A stretch of 64,000 nucleotides of DNA from a virus: positions 36,383 through 100,382 of IMG/VR virus record IMGVR_UViG_3300045125_000064; one strand, written 5' to 3'. Positions 23,774 through 35,877 of this stretch are shown piece by piece (position 1 is the stretch's first letter; every line of letters starts with the position of its first letter). The translations under genes and the position numbers were made by a program. A model generated the notes under the pieces. The model worked only from the letters and a program-made list of their open reading frames with translations. It had not been told where the DNA came from and did no database searches.

Positions 23774-24345
23774 ATGGAAGCAAGTAAATTAAGAGAAATA
23801 TTAAAACCAATAATTCAACAATTGGTTCAAGAAGAAGTTGAAAAGGCAATAAAATTATATGAACAGAAGAGTGCTGGAAAGAAAATGTTGGCTCTTCAAA
23901 TGAAGAATTGCTAAAAGAGATTCAATCTCTAATAAGACCACTAGAAAAGAAACTAGATGGATTAACTGGCTCTTCTAACAAAACTTTAATGGCAGAGCAA
24001 AAACAGCAACAGCAAAAAGTTCCTCCAAAAGTCCAAGAACAGACTACACAGATAAGAAATAAATTTAGAGAACAAATGGAGTTGGAACGAGAAAAGAAAA
24101 ATAAACAATTTGAAAATCTGATGCATTCAACTCTTCAAGTTCCCAATATCCCAGGTGTGAAAACTCCAAACAAAATTATGATGAATGAAGTTATGGATGA
24201 TCTTGACGAAGATGGACCAAAGATGTTTGTCCAAGAGGGGCAAGAAGAACAATACGAGAGTTATGATCCAACACTATATGATGATGATGCAGAGGATATC
24301 GCAGAGATCTATGGTGAAATGTGGAAGAAAAATAAATTAATATAA
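23774..24345 (+). CDS. head-cluster hypothetical protein (frameshifted)
   Basis: ATG at 23774 (MEASKLREILKPIIQQLVQEEVE) joins ORF 23908-24345. Confidence 0.45.
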
Positions 24346-24354
24346 GAGGTTAAA

Positions 24355-24567
24355 GTGTCAAAAAGAAGAAAATCAAGAAATAATTATAATGTTCAGGTAA
24401 CTTTGGAAGAATGCAGAGGAAGTGCAGAAAGAATGATTAAAAAATTCTGTAATAAAGTCAAAAAAGAAAAAATTCTTGAAGATTTTAGAGAAAGAATGAC
24501 ATATGAAAAACCTTCTGTCAAGCGAAGAAGAGAAAAAATACGAAGAAAAAAGTTGCTAAACAACTAA
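24355..24567 (+). CDS. rpsU: phage-encoded 30S ribosomal protein bS21
   Basis: 70 aa, basic; AERMIKKFCNKVKKEKILEDFRERMTYEKPSVKRRREK matches the bS21 signature (YEKPS); SD GAGGT, GTG start. Confidence 0.85.
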   Translation: MSKRRKSRNNYNVQVTLEECRGSAERMIKKFCNKVKKEKILEDFRERMTYEKPSVKRRREKIRRKKLLNN

Positions 24568-24603
24568 ATAATGAGAGACAGTAAAGCTAAGGAGATATAG
24601 GAA

Positions 24604-25071
24604 ATGTCAAATTTTGATGGAGATAGAAGTGCTGGTTATTTTGCACCAGGTTTAGGTTCAGTTGGAGCATATCAGATATCTGGTATTCCTTATATCACTT
24701 CAAGCTTGTCAGTTCCATCCGGTTCGTCTACACCATTGAAAATTCAGTTCCCTGGAGTATCAAATTATATTTATGTGAAAAACACAATGTCAACAGCATC
24801 TGCTGCTGCCCCAATAAGATTTGGTTTTTCACAAAATGGTGTATCTGGCTCAAGCGCAACTCACTATATGGCATTATCAAATGGTGAATCATTTCAGGCA
24901 AATTGGAGAGTTGAAGATATATATTTAATTGCAATAAGCCCATCGGCCACAGGGTCTGCAATGGTTGCTGCTGGTATAACACCAATTCCAAGAGGAATTC
25001 CGCCAGTTGTTGAAGGTTGGACAAGTGGTTCAAGATGGAATAACTGGAGTGGTTCAAGCGGAATTGGATAA
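24604..25071 (+). CDS. Ser/Gly-rich putative virion (head decoration) protein
   Basis: SD AAGGAG; GLGSVGAYQISGIPYITSS; many SGS/TGS; located in the head cluster. Confidence 0.5.
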   Translation: MSNFDGDRSAGYFAPGLGSVGAYQISGIPYITSSLSVPSGSSTPLKIQFPGVSNYIYVKNTMSTASAAAPIRFGFSQNGVSGSSATHYMALSNGESFQANWRVEDIYLIAISPSATGSAMVAAGITPIPRGIPPVVEGWTSGSRWNNWSGSSGIG

Positions 25072-25096
25072 TCAATAATATGGCTGGAGGTGGTAT

Positions 25097-27830
25097 ATGG
25101 CTTCTCAAAATTTCCAGCAATTTATTCTTAGCTTTTTAAGTGGTTCAATAAGTGGTTCGATTGGACCACATGCCTCTTCTCACTCTTTAACTGGTTCTGA
25201 TCCAGTTTATCTTTACAAATCACAAATATTAGATGCATCTTCATCAATAAATTATAATGCATCATCTTATAACATTGTCAACACTATTGCATTAAGAAAC
25301 CCTCTAGATAATGGTTCTTTTGCTGCTGGTGGTATTCAATTTGATACAGCAAGCATATCTTCTGGATCTGTTGGAAAAAGTAATATGGAACGACCAAGAT
25401 GGAACTTTGGAGTTTCAACTAAAAGGCGGAAATGTTACTCTTCAAATTGGTCAAGAACAACTTATTAGAGTTGTAAATAAAACAGGTGTTGATATAGCTA
25501 ACGGTACATGTGTTTACCTTGATGGAGCACAAGGACAAAGACCAAAAGTTTCTCTTGCGAAAGCTAATGCAGAGTTAACATCTGGAAGAACTCTTGGCGT
25601 TGTAACAGAAACAATAGTGAACAACCAAGAAGGATTTGTAACAACTCAAGGTCTTGTGAGAGATATAGATTTATCAGATTATGATGAAGGTGATACATTA
25701 TATCTTTCTCCAATAACTGCTGGAGCTTTCACGAAGATTGAACCATCTGCTCCAAATCATAATGTTTTCATTGGCATTGTTGTTGTTGCAAATCCAAATG
25801 GAGTTATGTGGTGTCATCCACAAAATGGTTATGAACTTGATGAACTCCATGATGTTAAAGTAACAAACAAGCAGAATCTTGATATTTTGCAATATGATTC
25901 GGGAAGTTTATATTGGAAGAATGTCGCTGCATCTTCATTGAGCGTTGCAACAGCTTCTTATTCTTTAACTTCTTTATCATCAAGTTATGCAACAACATCA
26001 AGTTATGCATTTTTATCCAATACAGCCTCTTATGCATTATCTGCTGGAACTGCAACAGATAACACAAGATTGGCATTAACTGGCGGGACATTAAGTGGCA
26101 ATGTTGGTATGACTGGAGCATCTTCATATTTAGGAATAGGAATAACCACACCTTCTGCGCCTTTAGATATACGCAACTTTGTAACATATCGCAATACTAA
26201 TGTATCCCAGCTTCAAGTTTGTACTGCTCCAGGACTTGTGCAAGAGAATGGGGCATTAGGTTCAGCAGATGCAACTATTTTGACTACATATTTGGGAAAG
26301 TTTAGTATTTACAAGCGCAATGCTACAGGAGATTTTGCAGCATCAGATTTAGTGTGGGATGTGGATTCGTCTGGAAACGTGGTTGTTGAAAAAGGGGACG
26401 AAACTGTTGGTCTTATTAAACTTGCTAGGATTGGTAAGGTTGGTATTGGAACAACAAGTCCTCAAACTCCGTTAGATGTACGAGGCGTTACAACATATCG
26501 TAATACTGGAGTAACTCAACTTCAAGTTGGTATTGCGCCAGCATTGATGCAAGAAAATGGTGCTCTCGGCGCAAACGACTTTTTTGTTATTAGTACATAT
26601 AATGGAAAAGCTCTTTTTTATAAAGGAAATAGATCAGGAAGCTTGGCAACTTCAGATCTTAAAATGACTATTGACAGTTCTGGCAAGTTACAACTTGGAG
26701 GATCCGCAGGATTAGATTATGCCATTGCAACAACAGCCATTTTACATCTTCCATCTGGTTCCACAGCAGCTTCAACTGCACCATTAAAGTTTACTTCTGG
26801 TTCATTGATGACAGCAGCAGAAGCTGGTGCAGTTGAATATGATGGAGATAAAGCATATTTAACCATTGCAACAGCAACAGCAAGAAAAGAAATAGCTTTA
26901 TGCGATTCAACTTTAACTTCTGGCTCTCTTGTTATTGGTACAACCAATGGAAGATTAACATCATTAGTTGGTGGTCTGCCATTATCATTAGGTGGCACAG
27001 GAACAACAGGTTCATTTACTGCTGGTTCTGTTATATTTCATGATGGAGTAAAATATACTCAGGATAACAGCTATTTTTATTATGATAGATCAAACAAAAG
27101 ACTTGGGGTTAATCTTTCTGGTTCAGCACCATCAGCAACAATCCATTCATCTGGTTCAACAATATTAAAGGATGGACATTTGATATTTTCAAAAGCTTCT
27201 GGATATGGTATTAAAGTTGACGCAGAAACTCCAGCGTCAGCATCTTTTGGATGGAAAGATCTTCTTGGAGATATACAAGTCAGATCTGGGCAGCTTGATC
27301 CACCAACATGGACAGTATTCAGAACAAATGTTAATGCCTTTCAGCTTGTCAATGCGCAAACTCAAGTTTTTAATATTTTCCATATACCACACGATTATGT
27401 GCCAGGAACAGATATGTTTGTCCATGTTCATTGGGCACAAAATGTCGTTGATACTGGCGGACCTGCTGGCACACCTGGAACTGCTGAATGGAACTTTGAT
27501 ATATCTTATGCTAAAGGATATGGAACTGCTGGCGGATCATCTGATCCATTTCCTGCAACAAAAACAATAACAATCACACAGCAAGCGTCAACAACACAAT
27601 ATGGACATATGATTGCAGAAGTTCAGTTTACAAATGCTGGTGGGGATGCAACACATATTGATAGATCTCTGATAGAGGTTGATGGTTTACTTATTATAAG
27701 AACATGGAGAAACTCAGCCAATGCAGCAGATACTCTAAATCAAGCTCCATTTGTTTTCTATGTCGATTGTCACTATCAAACAAATGGAGTGATGGGAACA
27801 AAGAATAAGAATCGTGATTTCTATGTATAA
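25097..27830 (+). CDS. fibre/spike-like virion protein (frameshift near 25375)
   Basis: GFVTTQGLVRDID and GYELDELHDV fibre-type modules, TASYAL repeats, VGIGTTSP beta-helix repeats, C-terminal globular domain. Confidence 0.7.
26130..26690 (+). repeat. tandem duplication of an approximately 103-aa module in the fibre
   Basis: LGIGITTPSAPLDIRNFVTYRNTNVSQLQV...QENGALG (26130) versus VGIGTTSPQTPLDVRGVTTYRNTGVTQLQV...QENGALG (26439); period 309 nt. Confidence 0.85.
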
Positions 27831-27841
27831 AAATAAAAATC

Positions 27842-27865
27842 CTTTGAGCAAAGAAAGACTATTTA
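27842..27865 (+). promoter_or_regulatory. putative late promoter for scaffold/capsid operon
   Basis: CTTTGAGC-AAAG-AAAGACTATTTA; 20 of 24 nt identical to 38769-38792. Confidence 0.7.
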
Positions 27866-27908
27866 GTGATATATCGGTTTATATGATAAAAATGGAGAAA
27901 AACATACA

Positions 27909-29358
27909 ATGCCAAATATTATAGAAGATGCAATCCTAGAAGCAAAACAATTAAGAGAAGCTGCTGAATTGACAGCACAAAACCTGCTACATCAAAAATA
28001 TGCAAATGATTTAAAGAATACAATCGAAAGTCTTCTAGAACAAGATTTAAATTTGGAGAAAAATCTCGAAAACGATCCAACAACTTCTCCATTGAATAAC
28101 AGCACCCCAATGCCAGATGCTTCAGCATTAGATTCAACTGTTGGTGCTCCCCCAATGGCTGGTGGAACTGGACCTGTCGCAAGTCCAACAAATCCAATTG
28201 ATTTGCCAGTGAGCCCAGATACTGCGAATAAAGACAAAGATTCCTTGTCAAAGGTTCCTTATGCTCATGCAAGTGGAGAAACAATTGATGAGAAATATTA
28301 TCCAGAGGGAGAAATTGAAATTGATCTTGACTCTCTATTGGAAGAAATAACAGAATCTGATCCAGAATTAGAAACTCTTGCAGAATCTCTATATGATGAG
28401 GGATTTACTTTTGAAGATTCTCAAATTGATGAATTTGATGATATGCCAGGAACACCAGGTCTTGAGGAAAATGATTTTGATCCATCAATTTTAGATGATG
28501 GAAATGATTTTGACAGCTCTGATTCATCAGGAGATCCCATTGAAGATGAAATAAGAAAATTGTTGGCATCAATTGATAAAGATGAGCTAAATGACAATGG
28601 CAGTATGAGAGAAGATCAGCTATTAGATCCAAAAACTAAAGAGGAACAAGAAAAAGAAAGACAGCCTGGTTATACTCCAGATAATGGTGGAATTTCTTCA
28701 GATTATGAAAGAAAAGTCATGGAAGAACTTGATAATTTAACAGATGAAGATTTTGAAATGTCAGAAGACCATTTAAATGAAGATATTGACATTGATATGG
28801 AAGAAGAAGAAGCAGAAAAAGACAATATGTGGCAAGGCAATTCAAAAAACTCACAAGAATATTTTAGAAACATTGGGAAGATGAAAAAAGAATTAAATGA
28901 TGCCAAAAAGGACACAGAAGAACAAAAAACCAAGAATGTTAAGATGACAATGAAATTGAAGGAAGCATCTGAAATGATTGCATATCTTCAGGAACAAGTG
29001 AAACAACTTACAAATAATAACGAAATTTTGGATGAAAAACTGAATGAATCACAGAATTTCAATTTTAAACTACTATATATGAATAAGACGCTAATGGACA
29101 ACTCCTTTAATGAGCGACAGAAGGTTAAGATTGTCGAAACCATTGCGGAAGCAAAGACAAAGAGGAAACAAAGTTAATATTTGAAACATCAAAAAGACTG
29201 CCAACATTTCTTCATCATCTAATAGAAATGGTCAGACAATAAGCGAGTCAGTTTTGAATGGAAAATCAATGCAAACTTTGAAACCAAAACAAGACTTATT
29301 GAGCGAAGAAAATGATACCTTTGTAAGATATCAAAGACTTGCAGGAATAAGAAAGTAA
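27909..29358 (+). CDS. prohead scaffold/core protein (gp22-like position)
   Basis: Acidic and coiled-coil, many L/I-x-E sites, directly upstream of the MCP; frameshift near 29165; ends RYQRLAGIRK. Confidence 0.7.
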
Positions 29359-29402
29359 TAATATAAACTCAGACAATTTTAATTTAAGGAGATAAAGAAA
29401 TT

Positions 29403-31277
29403 ATGAGTATTCTAAATAAATTGACAGCAGATGTTGTCTCAAAAAATCGTAAAATTGAAATGGCCAAATATGTTCAAAAGTGGTCAAAGATCGGTCTATT
29501 GGAAGGTATTAAGAACGATCATCTAAAGTCAGAAATGGCTCAATTGTTACAAAACGAAGCAAAACTATTGAAAGAAATGACCTCAATGGGTCATGGTGAT
29601 GTTGAAGGTTTTGCTGCTGTTGCATTCCCACTAGTGAGAAGAATCTTTGGTACTCTAATTGCAAATGAGCTAGTTTCAGTGCAGTCAATGGGTCTTCCAT
29701 CAGGTCTAATCTTCTTCCTAGACTTTGTTTATACCAACGATAGATTCAATCGTCAAGCTGGTGCTTCAATCTTCGGTGGTCTACAAAGAGGTACAAATAC
29801 TCCAGCAGTTGGTGCTGACTTGCTAAATGGTATTTCATTGTCAGGCACTGATGGTAGAGATCCAGGTGGTCTTTAATCTAGGTGGTACTTATGCTGCTGT
29901 GACTGGCACAATTACATCTTTTGCAAGTGCTACTAGCACTTTAGCTGTTGAATCAAGCAGACAAGTCGGCTCAACATATGGTAACAACTCAACAGCCGCA
30001 GCTATTAAACTGAACACCTCGTTGACTGAAGCTCAAAAGAAATTGCTATATTGGGATCAAGATCTAATTGATATTGCAAACGCTTCAGCAACTGAAGTTT
30101 ATGATGCAGTTGTAATTTCTGTCGAAGAAGCTATATTGACTTCATACCAAGATGCAACCCATTCACCTGTTATGTTTGATGGCAATTATGTAGCCGTTAG
30201 CTGCTCATTGCAAAATACTACAGGTGCTGGTTCAATTTGGACTGGTTCATCAGCAATGCCAAGACTTATAAATCGTTTGACCAGAAAAGACGAACTAAAC
30301 AGTGGTAGAATGTTACTAACTTTTGTTGGTGCAACAGGCTTTACAAAAGCAACTGTTTATGGTGGTGTCGATGTTAAAGCAAGCTTCTTGAAGATGGTAT
30401 TCCCAATCAAAGACAATTTGGTTGCTGGTACTGGCCTAGGTGCTCTAAAAGGTGCATATCCTTGGGGTCTTGAAGTTGTTTCAACTTCATCAACCGATGG
30501 TTCATCAAATGATGCATTCCCAGAAATTGATATCAGAGTGAATAGCTCAGATATCAAGGCTGAAACCAAGAAACTAAAAGCAAAATGGACTTTGGAACTT
30601 TCACAAGATTTGAATGCTTACCAAAATGTTGATGCTGAAGTTGAATTGACTGAAGTTCTATCAGAGCAAGTGGCTCTTGAAATTGACCAAGAACTATTGA
30701 CTGACCTTATCAAAGGTGCAACAGCAGGCGTTCTATTCTGGTCAGCAAGACCAGGTAACTTTGTGAATCCAGAAACTGGAGTCTCAATTGCTTCACCTGT
30801 TGCTCCACCAGACTTCTATGGCACTCCAAATCAATGGTATCAATTGCTGGTCAAGACCATCAATGACGTATCAGCAAGAATTCATAGAAAGACTCTAAGA
30901 GGTGCTGCTAACTTCGTGGTTCTAGGACCAGAATTGGCAAACATTCTAGAATCAACCAATCAATACAGTGCTGACGTTGTTCATGATGAATTGAAGGGTG
31001 GTGATATGGGCACAGTGAAAACTGGTTCATTGAACAAGAGATGGGATGTGTATGTCGATCCATACTTCCTAAGAGATGTGATTCTGGTTGGTAGAAAAGG
31101 TAAGGGCTTCCTAGAAAGTGGCTATGTGTTTGCACCATATGTTCCATTGCAGGTTACTCCAACAATCTTTGGCACCGAGGTTATATTCCAAGAAAGGCTG
31201 TGATGACCAGATATGGTAAGAAGATGGTGCGCCCAGATTTCTATGGCTTGGTAATCGTTAGAGATATGCTAGGTTAA
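29403..31277 (+). CDS. major capsid protein (T4 gp23-like), frameshifts near 29870 and 31180
   Basis: VAFPLVRRIFG...VSVQSMGLPSGLIFFLDF; KLKAKWTLELSQDLNAYQNVDAEVEL; GYVFAPYVPL; VMTRYGKKMVRPDFYG. Confidence 0.95.
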
Positions 31278-31284
31278 TTCTAAA

Positions 31285-31313
31285 TTGACATAGCACCAGA
31301 AAACTGGTAAAAT
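31285..31313 (+). promoter_or_regulatory. sigma70-type promoter
   Basis: TTGACA-17 nt-TAAAAT upstream of the endonuclease gene. Confidence 0.65.
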
Positions 31314-31350
31314 GAAAGGGCAGGGTCTGAAAGGACTTCTGCCCTTTCTG
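31314..31350 (+). terminator. intrinsic terminator-like hairpin after the MCP
   Basis: GAAAGGGCAG/CTGCCCTTTC 10-bp stem enclosing GGTCT-GAAA-GGACT with a GNRA loop. Confidence 0.7.
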
Positions 31351-31366
31351 CCATTAAGGGACAAAA

Positions 31367-32788
31367 ATGATCTGCCAAATATGCCAATATGAAAATGAAG
31401 ATAAAAAAGCTTTTGCAACCCATTTGCAACGCTCACACAACCTAACATCAAAACAATATACAATTGATTATCTCCAGAATGGAGTTGAGCCAGTTTGTCT
31501 TGAATGTGGAGAAAAGGTCAGATATGTGTCGTTTGAATTTAAGAGATATTGTAAGAACCATTCAAATTTTGCATTGTCAGAAAGTGGAAAGAAGGGTGGA
31601 AAGAATAAACAAACTTGGAACAAAGGTCAAACCAAGGAAACAAATGAAATCATTGCAAGAATGGCAGAAGAGTGCCAAGCACAAGGAAACCATTTTTATG
31701 GAAAGAAACATTCACAACAATCAATCTTTAAGATGTGTCAATCTCACAGGATTTCAGAAGAAGAATTTCTGCAAAGAGCAAATAACGCTGATGATTTGGA
31801 TATATTAATTGATTATTCCCAGTATGAGGCAAGACAAAAATTATATATTCCAGTTAAGTGCAAAATTTGTGGCGAAGAAGATAAAAAAACATTAATGGCA
31901 ATTGAAAGAGGATCGAAGTGTAGGAAATGTTTTCCACTTAACACAAATTCCAAACCACAAAATGAAGTTCAAGAATTTATTCATTCTCTTGGATTCTCAG
32001 AAGAGCAAGTCTTAAAAAATAACAGAACAGTTCTTGCTCCAAAAGAACTGGATATTTATATTCCAGACAAGAACTTTGCTATTGAATTTAATGGATTACA
32101 TTGGCATTCAGAATTATATAAAGAAAATAATGATCATCAGAACAAAACCTTTGACTGTATGGAAAAAGGAATTCAACTGTTTCATATCTTCTCTGATGAG
32201 TGGCAATATAAGCAAGATATTGTTAAATCAATGATTCAGAATAGGCTTGGGAAGAATGAAAATAAGGTTTATGCAAGACAATGTTCTGTTTATATTGTCC
32301 CTCAACCAGATAGAACCGAATTCTTTAATAATAATCATATATCTGAAGATACAAAATCCAAGATTGCATTTGGACTGTATTATAATGATAAACTTATGTC
32401 TTGTATCTCGTTGAGAAAACCATATAGCAAAAAGTATGATGAATCTTGTATTGAAATTGCAAGATTTGCAACAGAAAAAGGGTATAATATTGTTGCAGGA
32501 TTTTCAAAACTTATGAAATATGTTATTGATTGGTGCAAAGACAATAACTATTCTAATATCTTAACGTATGCAGATTTAAGGTTTGGTCAAGGAAAAGTTT
32601 ATGAACAATATGGTTTTCAATATCAACACACAACAAGTCCAGACTATTGGTATACAGATGGAGAAATAAGAGAAAATAGACTAAAATATAAGGCAACAGA
32701 TCTGCTATCTGAAAACCAAGTCGCAGAAAATGCTGGTGTTATCAAAATATATGGTTGTGGTTCTCATATGTTCCTTCTTAATATTTGA
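31367..32788 (+). mobile_element. free-standing Hef-like (PD-(D/E)xK) homing endonuclease
   Basis: Zn fingers (CQIC, CLEC, CKIC/CRKC), NUMOD3-like NHFYGKKHS, ELDIYIPDKNFAIEFNGLHWH nuclease core, TYADLRF C-terminal domain; inserted between MCP and neck genes. Confidence 0.75.
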
Positions 32789-32814
32789 CACTTCTCCATT
32801 TCAAAGCTATTTAT
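32785..32814 (+). promoter_or_regulatory. promoter for neck genes (CTATTTAT late motif, with TTGACA at 17-nt spacing)
   Basis: TTGACA at 32785; CTATTTAT at 32807. Confidence 0.5.
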
Positions 32815-32847
32815 TCCTAGCAACACCTAATAGGATAAATAAAACAA

Positions 32848-34117
32848 ATGGCAGAACCACTAATATCCCCTACACAAAATATCAATTTAACAGTCCTTCC
32901 AGCAACAGCATCATTTTCCGATGTTAATTCTTTCAAAGCTGCTGGTGGGTTTTCCAATTCTGTTTATACTGACAGCAATCTATTTCTATCTGGTGCTGCT
33001 GAACAGGTTGGATTTGTTTATAATCAACTTGGTGGGCAAGTTCTTGATATTGAAATAACTCCAGCAAATGTTTATTCTGCTTATCAGAATGCTTGTCTTG
33101 AATATTCATATATAATGAATCTTCATCAAGCAAAATCTGCTCTTCATTCTCTTCTTGGTTCTTCAACAGCTTCATTTGATCATGAAGGAAAAATATCTGG
33201 CTCATTGTCTGGTTCTCATGTTGAAACAAAACTTCCAAACTTTTCATTCACATATGGCAGGAAGGTGGGGCAGGGGATAGGGGCTGCTTCAACAATGGCT
33301 GGAGGAAATATAACATATCATTCAGCATCAATATCTTTGATTCCTGAAGTTCAAGATTATGATCTTCAAGCTATTGTTTCTTCATCATTCTCAGGGTCAA
33401 ATCCTGACAACAAGAGAATTGTTGTTTCCAGAGTGTTTTATGTTACTCCAAGAACAATGTGGAGATTTTTTGGCATGTTTGGTGGAGCAAATGTTGTTGG
33501 CAATTTATCATCATATGGTATGTATGCAGACGATTCAACATTTGAATTGGTTCCAACTTGGCAGCATAAACTTCAAGCAATGAGATTTGAAGATTCAATG
33601 TATACAAGAACTTCTCATTATACTTATGAGCTTAGAAATAATAAATTAAGAATATTTCCAATTCCAACAAACGATACCTTATACTATATTCCAAAATTGT
33701 GGTTTCAATATTACACAATGCCAGATGCTTGGGAGTCTGACGATGGATCTAGCAAGTCTGACAAGGACGGAGTTAATAATATGAACAATTTGCCATTTGA
33801 AAACTTGCCATATGAAAGCATATGGTCTGTTGGCAAGCATTGGATTCGCAAATATGCCCTTGCCTTGTGCAAGGAAACTCTTGCTCATGTGAGAGGAAAA
33901 TTGGCAAGCGGAATCCCAATCCCAGGCAATTCTGTGTCATTAAATGCTGCTGATCTATTGGCCCAGGCAAAAGAAGAAATGCAAATGTTGAAGCAAGAAT
34001 TGAAAGAAAATCTTGATGAGTTAACATATGAGAAGATAACAGAAAACTCAGAACAAGATTGTTCAAAATGTTGCTGATACAAAGAAGAATATTCCTCATT
34101 TGGCATTTGTGAGATAA
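32848..34117 (+). CDS. neck protein (gp13-like)
   Basis: QLGGQVLDIEIT; WIRKYALALCKETLAHVRGK...IPIPGNSVSLNAADLL; C-terminal frameshift. Confidence 0.75.
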
Positions 34118-34137
34118 TTAAAGGGATGGTAGAATAA

Positions 34138-34623
34138 ATGTCAAATGAATATTCCAGACCAGCAGCAGCCCCTCCACCAATGTTTATTGGAAAGAAGGAA
34201 AGAGACTTAATCTCTCAAATCACAACAGAAGTTCAAGAGAGGGTGGTTGGTCAAGCTGTTTTCTACTACCCAATTGACATTGAGAGAAGCAATTTTCATA
34301 AACTCTATGGTGAGTCTATCTGCAAGACTTTCTTGCCTCCTATAAGGATTTATTGCGCTGTAGAGTGGCAAGGAATGTCCACAGAAGCAACCAATGTCGG
34401 CATTGACAAAATGACCTCAATCAAGGTATTCTTTCACAAGAGAAGAATCACAGAAGATCAAGATTTATATGTTAGAGAAGGAGATTTCGTTAAATATGGA
34501 AACTTCTTCTTTGAAATTGTTAAATTGGAAGAAGTAAATCAGATTGCAGGACAAATTGAACATATATACGAAATATCAGCAACATGCAAGAGAGCAAGAA
34601 AAGGAACATTTGATGCAAAATAA
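34138..34623 (+). CDS. neck/head-completion protein (gp14-like)
   Basis: VGQAVFYYPID, LYGES, YVREGDFV; follows the gp13-like gene. Confidence 0.65.
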   Translation: MSNEYSRPAAAPPPMFIGKKERDLISQITTEVQERVVGQAVFYYPIDIERSNFHKLYGESICKTFLPPIRIYCAVEWQGMSTEATNVGIDKMTSIKVFFHKRRITEDQDLYVREGDFVKYGNFFFEIVKLEEVNQIAGQIEHIYEISATCKRARKGTFDAK

Positions 34624-35877
34624 TTTAGCTTTGATGAATGAAATAACAGATCAAAGAATTGGAAAGAATTTCTTACAAAGAGGTTTATGAAAAATATCAT
34701 GATCCCACCAAATATCCATTCAATAATATTTTTGGAGATAAGTGGAGAATTATCATTGAGGAATTGTCAGAGGAACAGAAACTTGTTTTGCAACAATATA
34801 AAGAGTTGAGAAATAAGATCTTTGGAGAAGGACAGAATATTTATTCAGATAATCCAGAACTAGAAGCTATTAAAGCCAGAAATAATAAACTTTTTGACCG
34901 CATTGATTATGACAAGATGGAAGTTGTTTATGCTCAGAAAGGAAAAAATAATGTAACTGGAGAAGAAATCTGGCAAGAGAAATCTGAATCTTTTGTTCAA
35001 ATTCTTTAGAAAAAATGGTGCTCCACCAGAACTTCTAAATTATATCAGCAAATATGGCAACTATATCAAGAAATCAAAATTCTTTGAAAAAGCCGATCAA
35101 CCAGAGCCAAATGTTGTGATGTTATCAAGGCATCCTTTGGATATTGTTAGAATGTCTGATTATTCTGGAGAGTGGGAATCTTGTCATACTCCAGGACATT
35201 CATATTTTCAGTGTGCTGTCAATGAAATGTTTGGGGCTGGATTTATTGCTTATGTTTTGACTCCTAAAGTATATAATAAGATTAAAGATAATCTCCAGGA
35301 AGAAGATATTTTCCATGATCCAGATAGAGGTTCAAGGGAAGAAAAACATCTTGGTTCCACACAACAAAAATGGGCTTATCCAATTGGAAGATTGAGAATT
35401 AGAAGATTGTCTTTTAAAAAATCTGATTCAAACGAGATTGTTAATCTTGCAACACCAGAAAAAAGAGCATATGGGAATGCTGATGCAAACGCTCTGCATG
35501 ATCAAATAACACAGTTTCTTTACCCATTGCAGAAAGAGCAAACGGATGAATTCTTAAAGTTATTAAAATATATGAAGCAGAGAGGAAAAATAGAAAATAT
35601 TCCAGTTATTGATGCTTCAAGAATAAACTTGGTTGGGGGCACATATCAAGATACAGATGTTAGATATCTTTTATTTAATTATTTAAAACAGTTAAAACTT
35701 TTGAGTAAAGATGATCTTAAACAAAAAGAATTTTCTTCTAGTTCTTTCTCATCCAGTTCAGGAGGTATTTTAAGTATTAACCCAAAAGACTTGGCAGATA
35801 TTGAAGTAATTGAGCAGCAACTTCAACAAACTTTACGTTCTCATTCATTATCAGATTTGAAAAAGCAAGAAAAATGA
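34613..35877 (+). CDS. hypothetical protein (frameshifted)
   Basis: ATG 34613 joins ORFs 34659-35009 and 34993-35877; motif LSRHPLDIVRMSD...WESCH. Confidence 0.5.
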
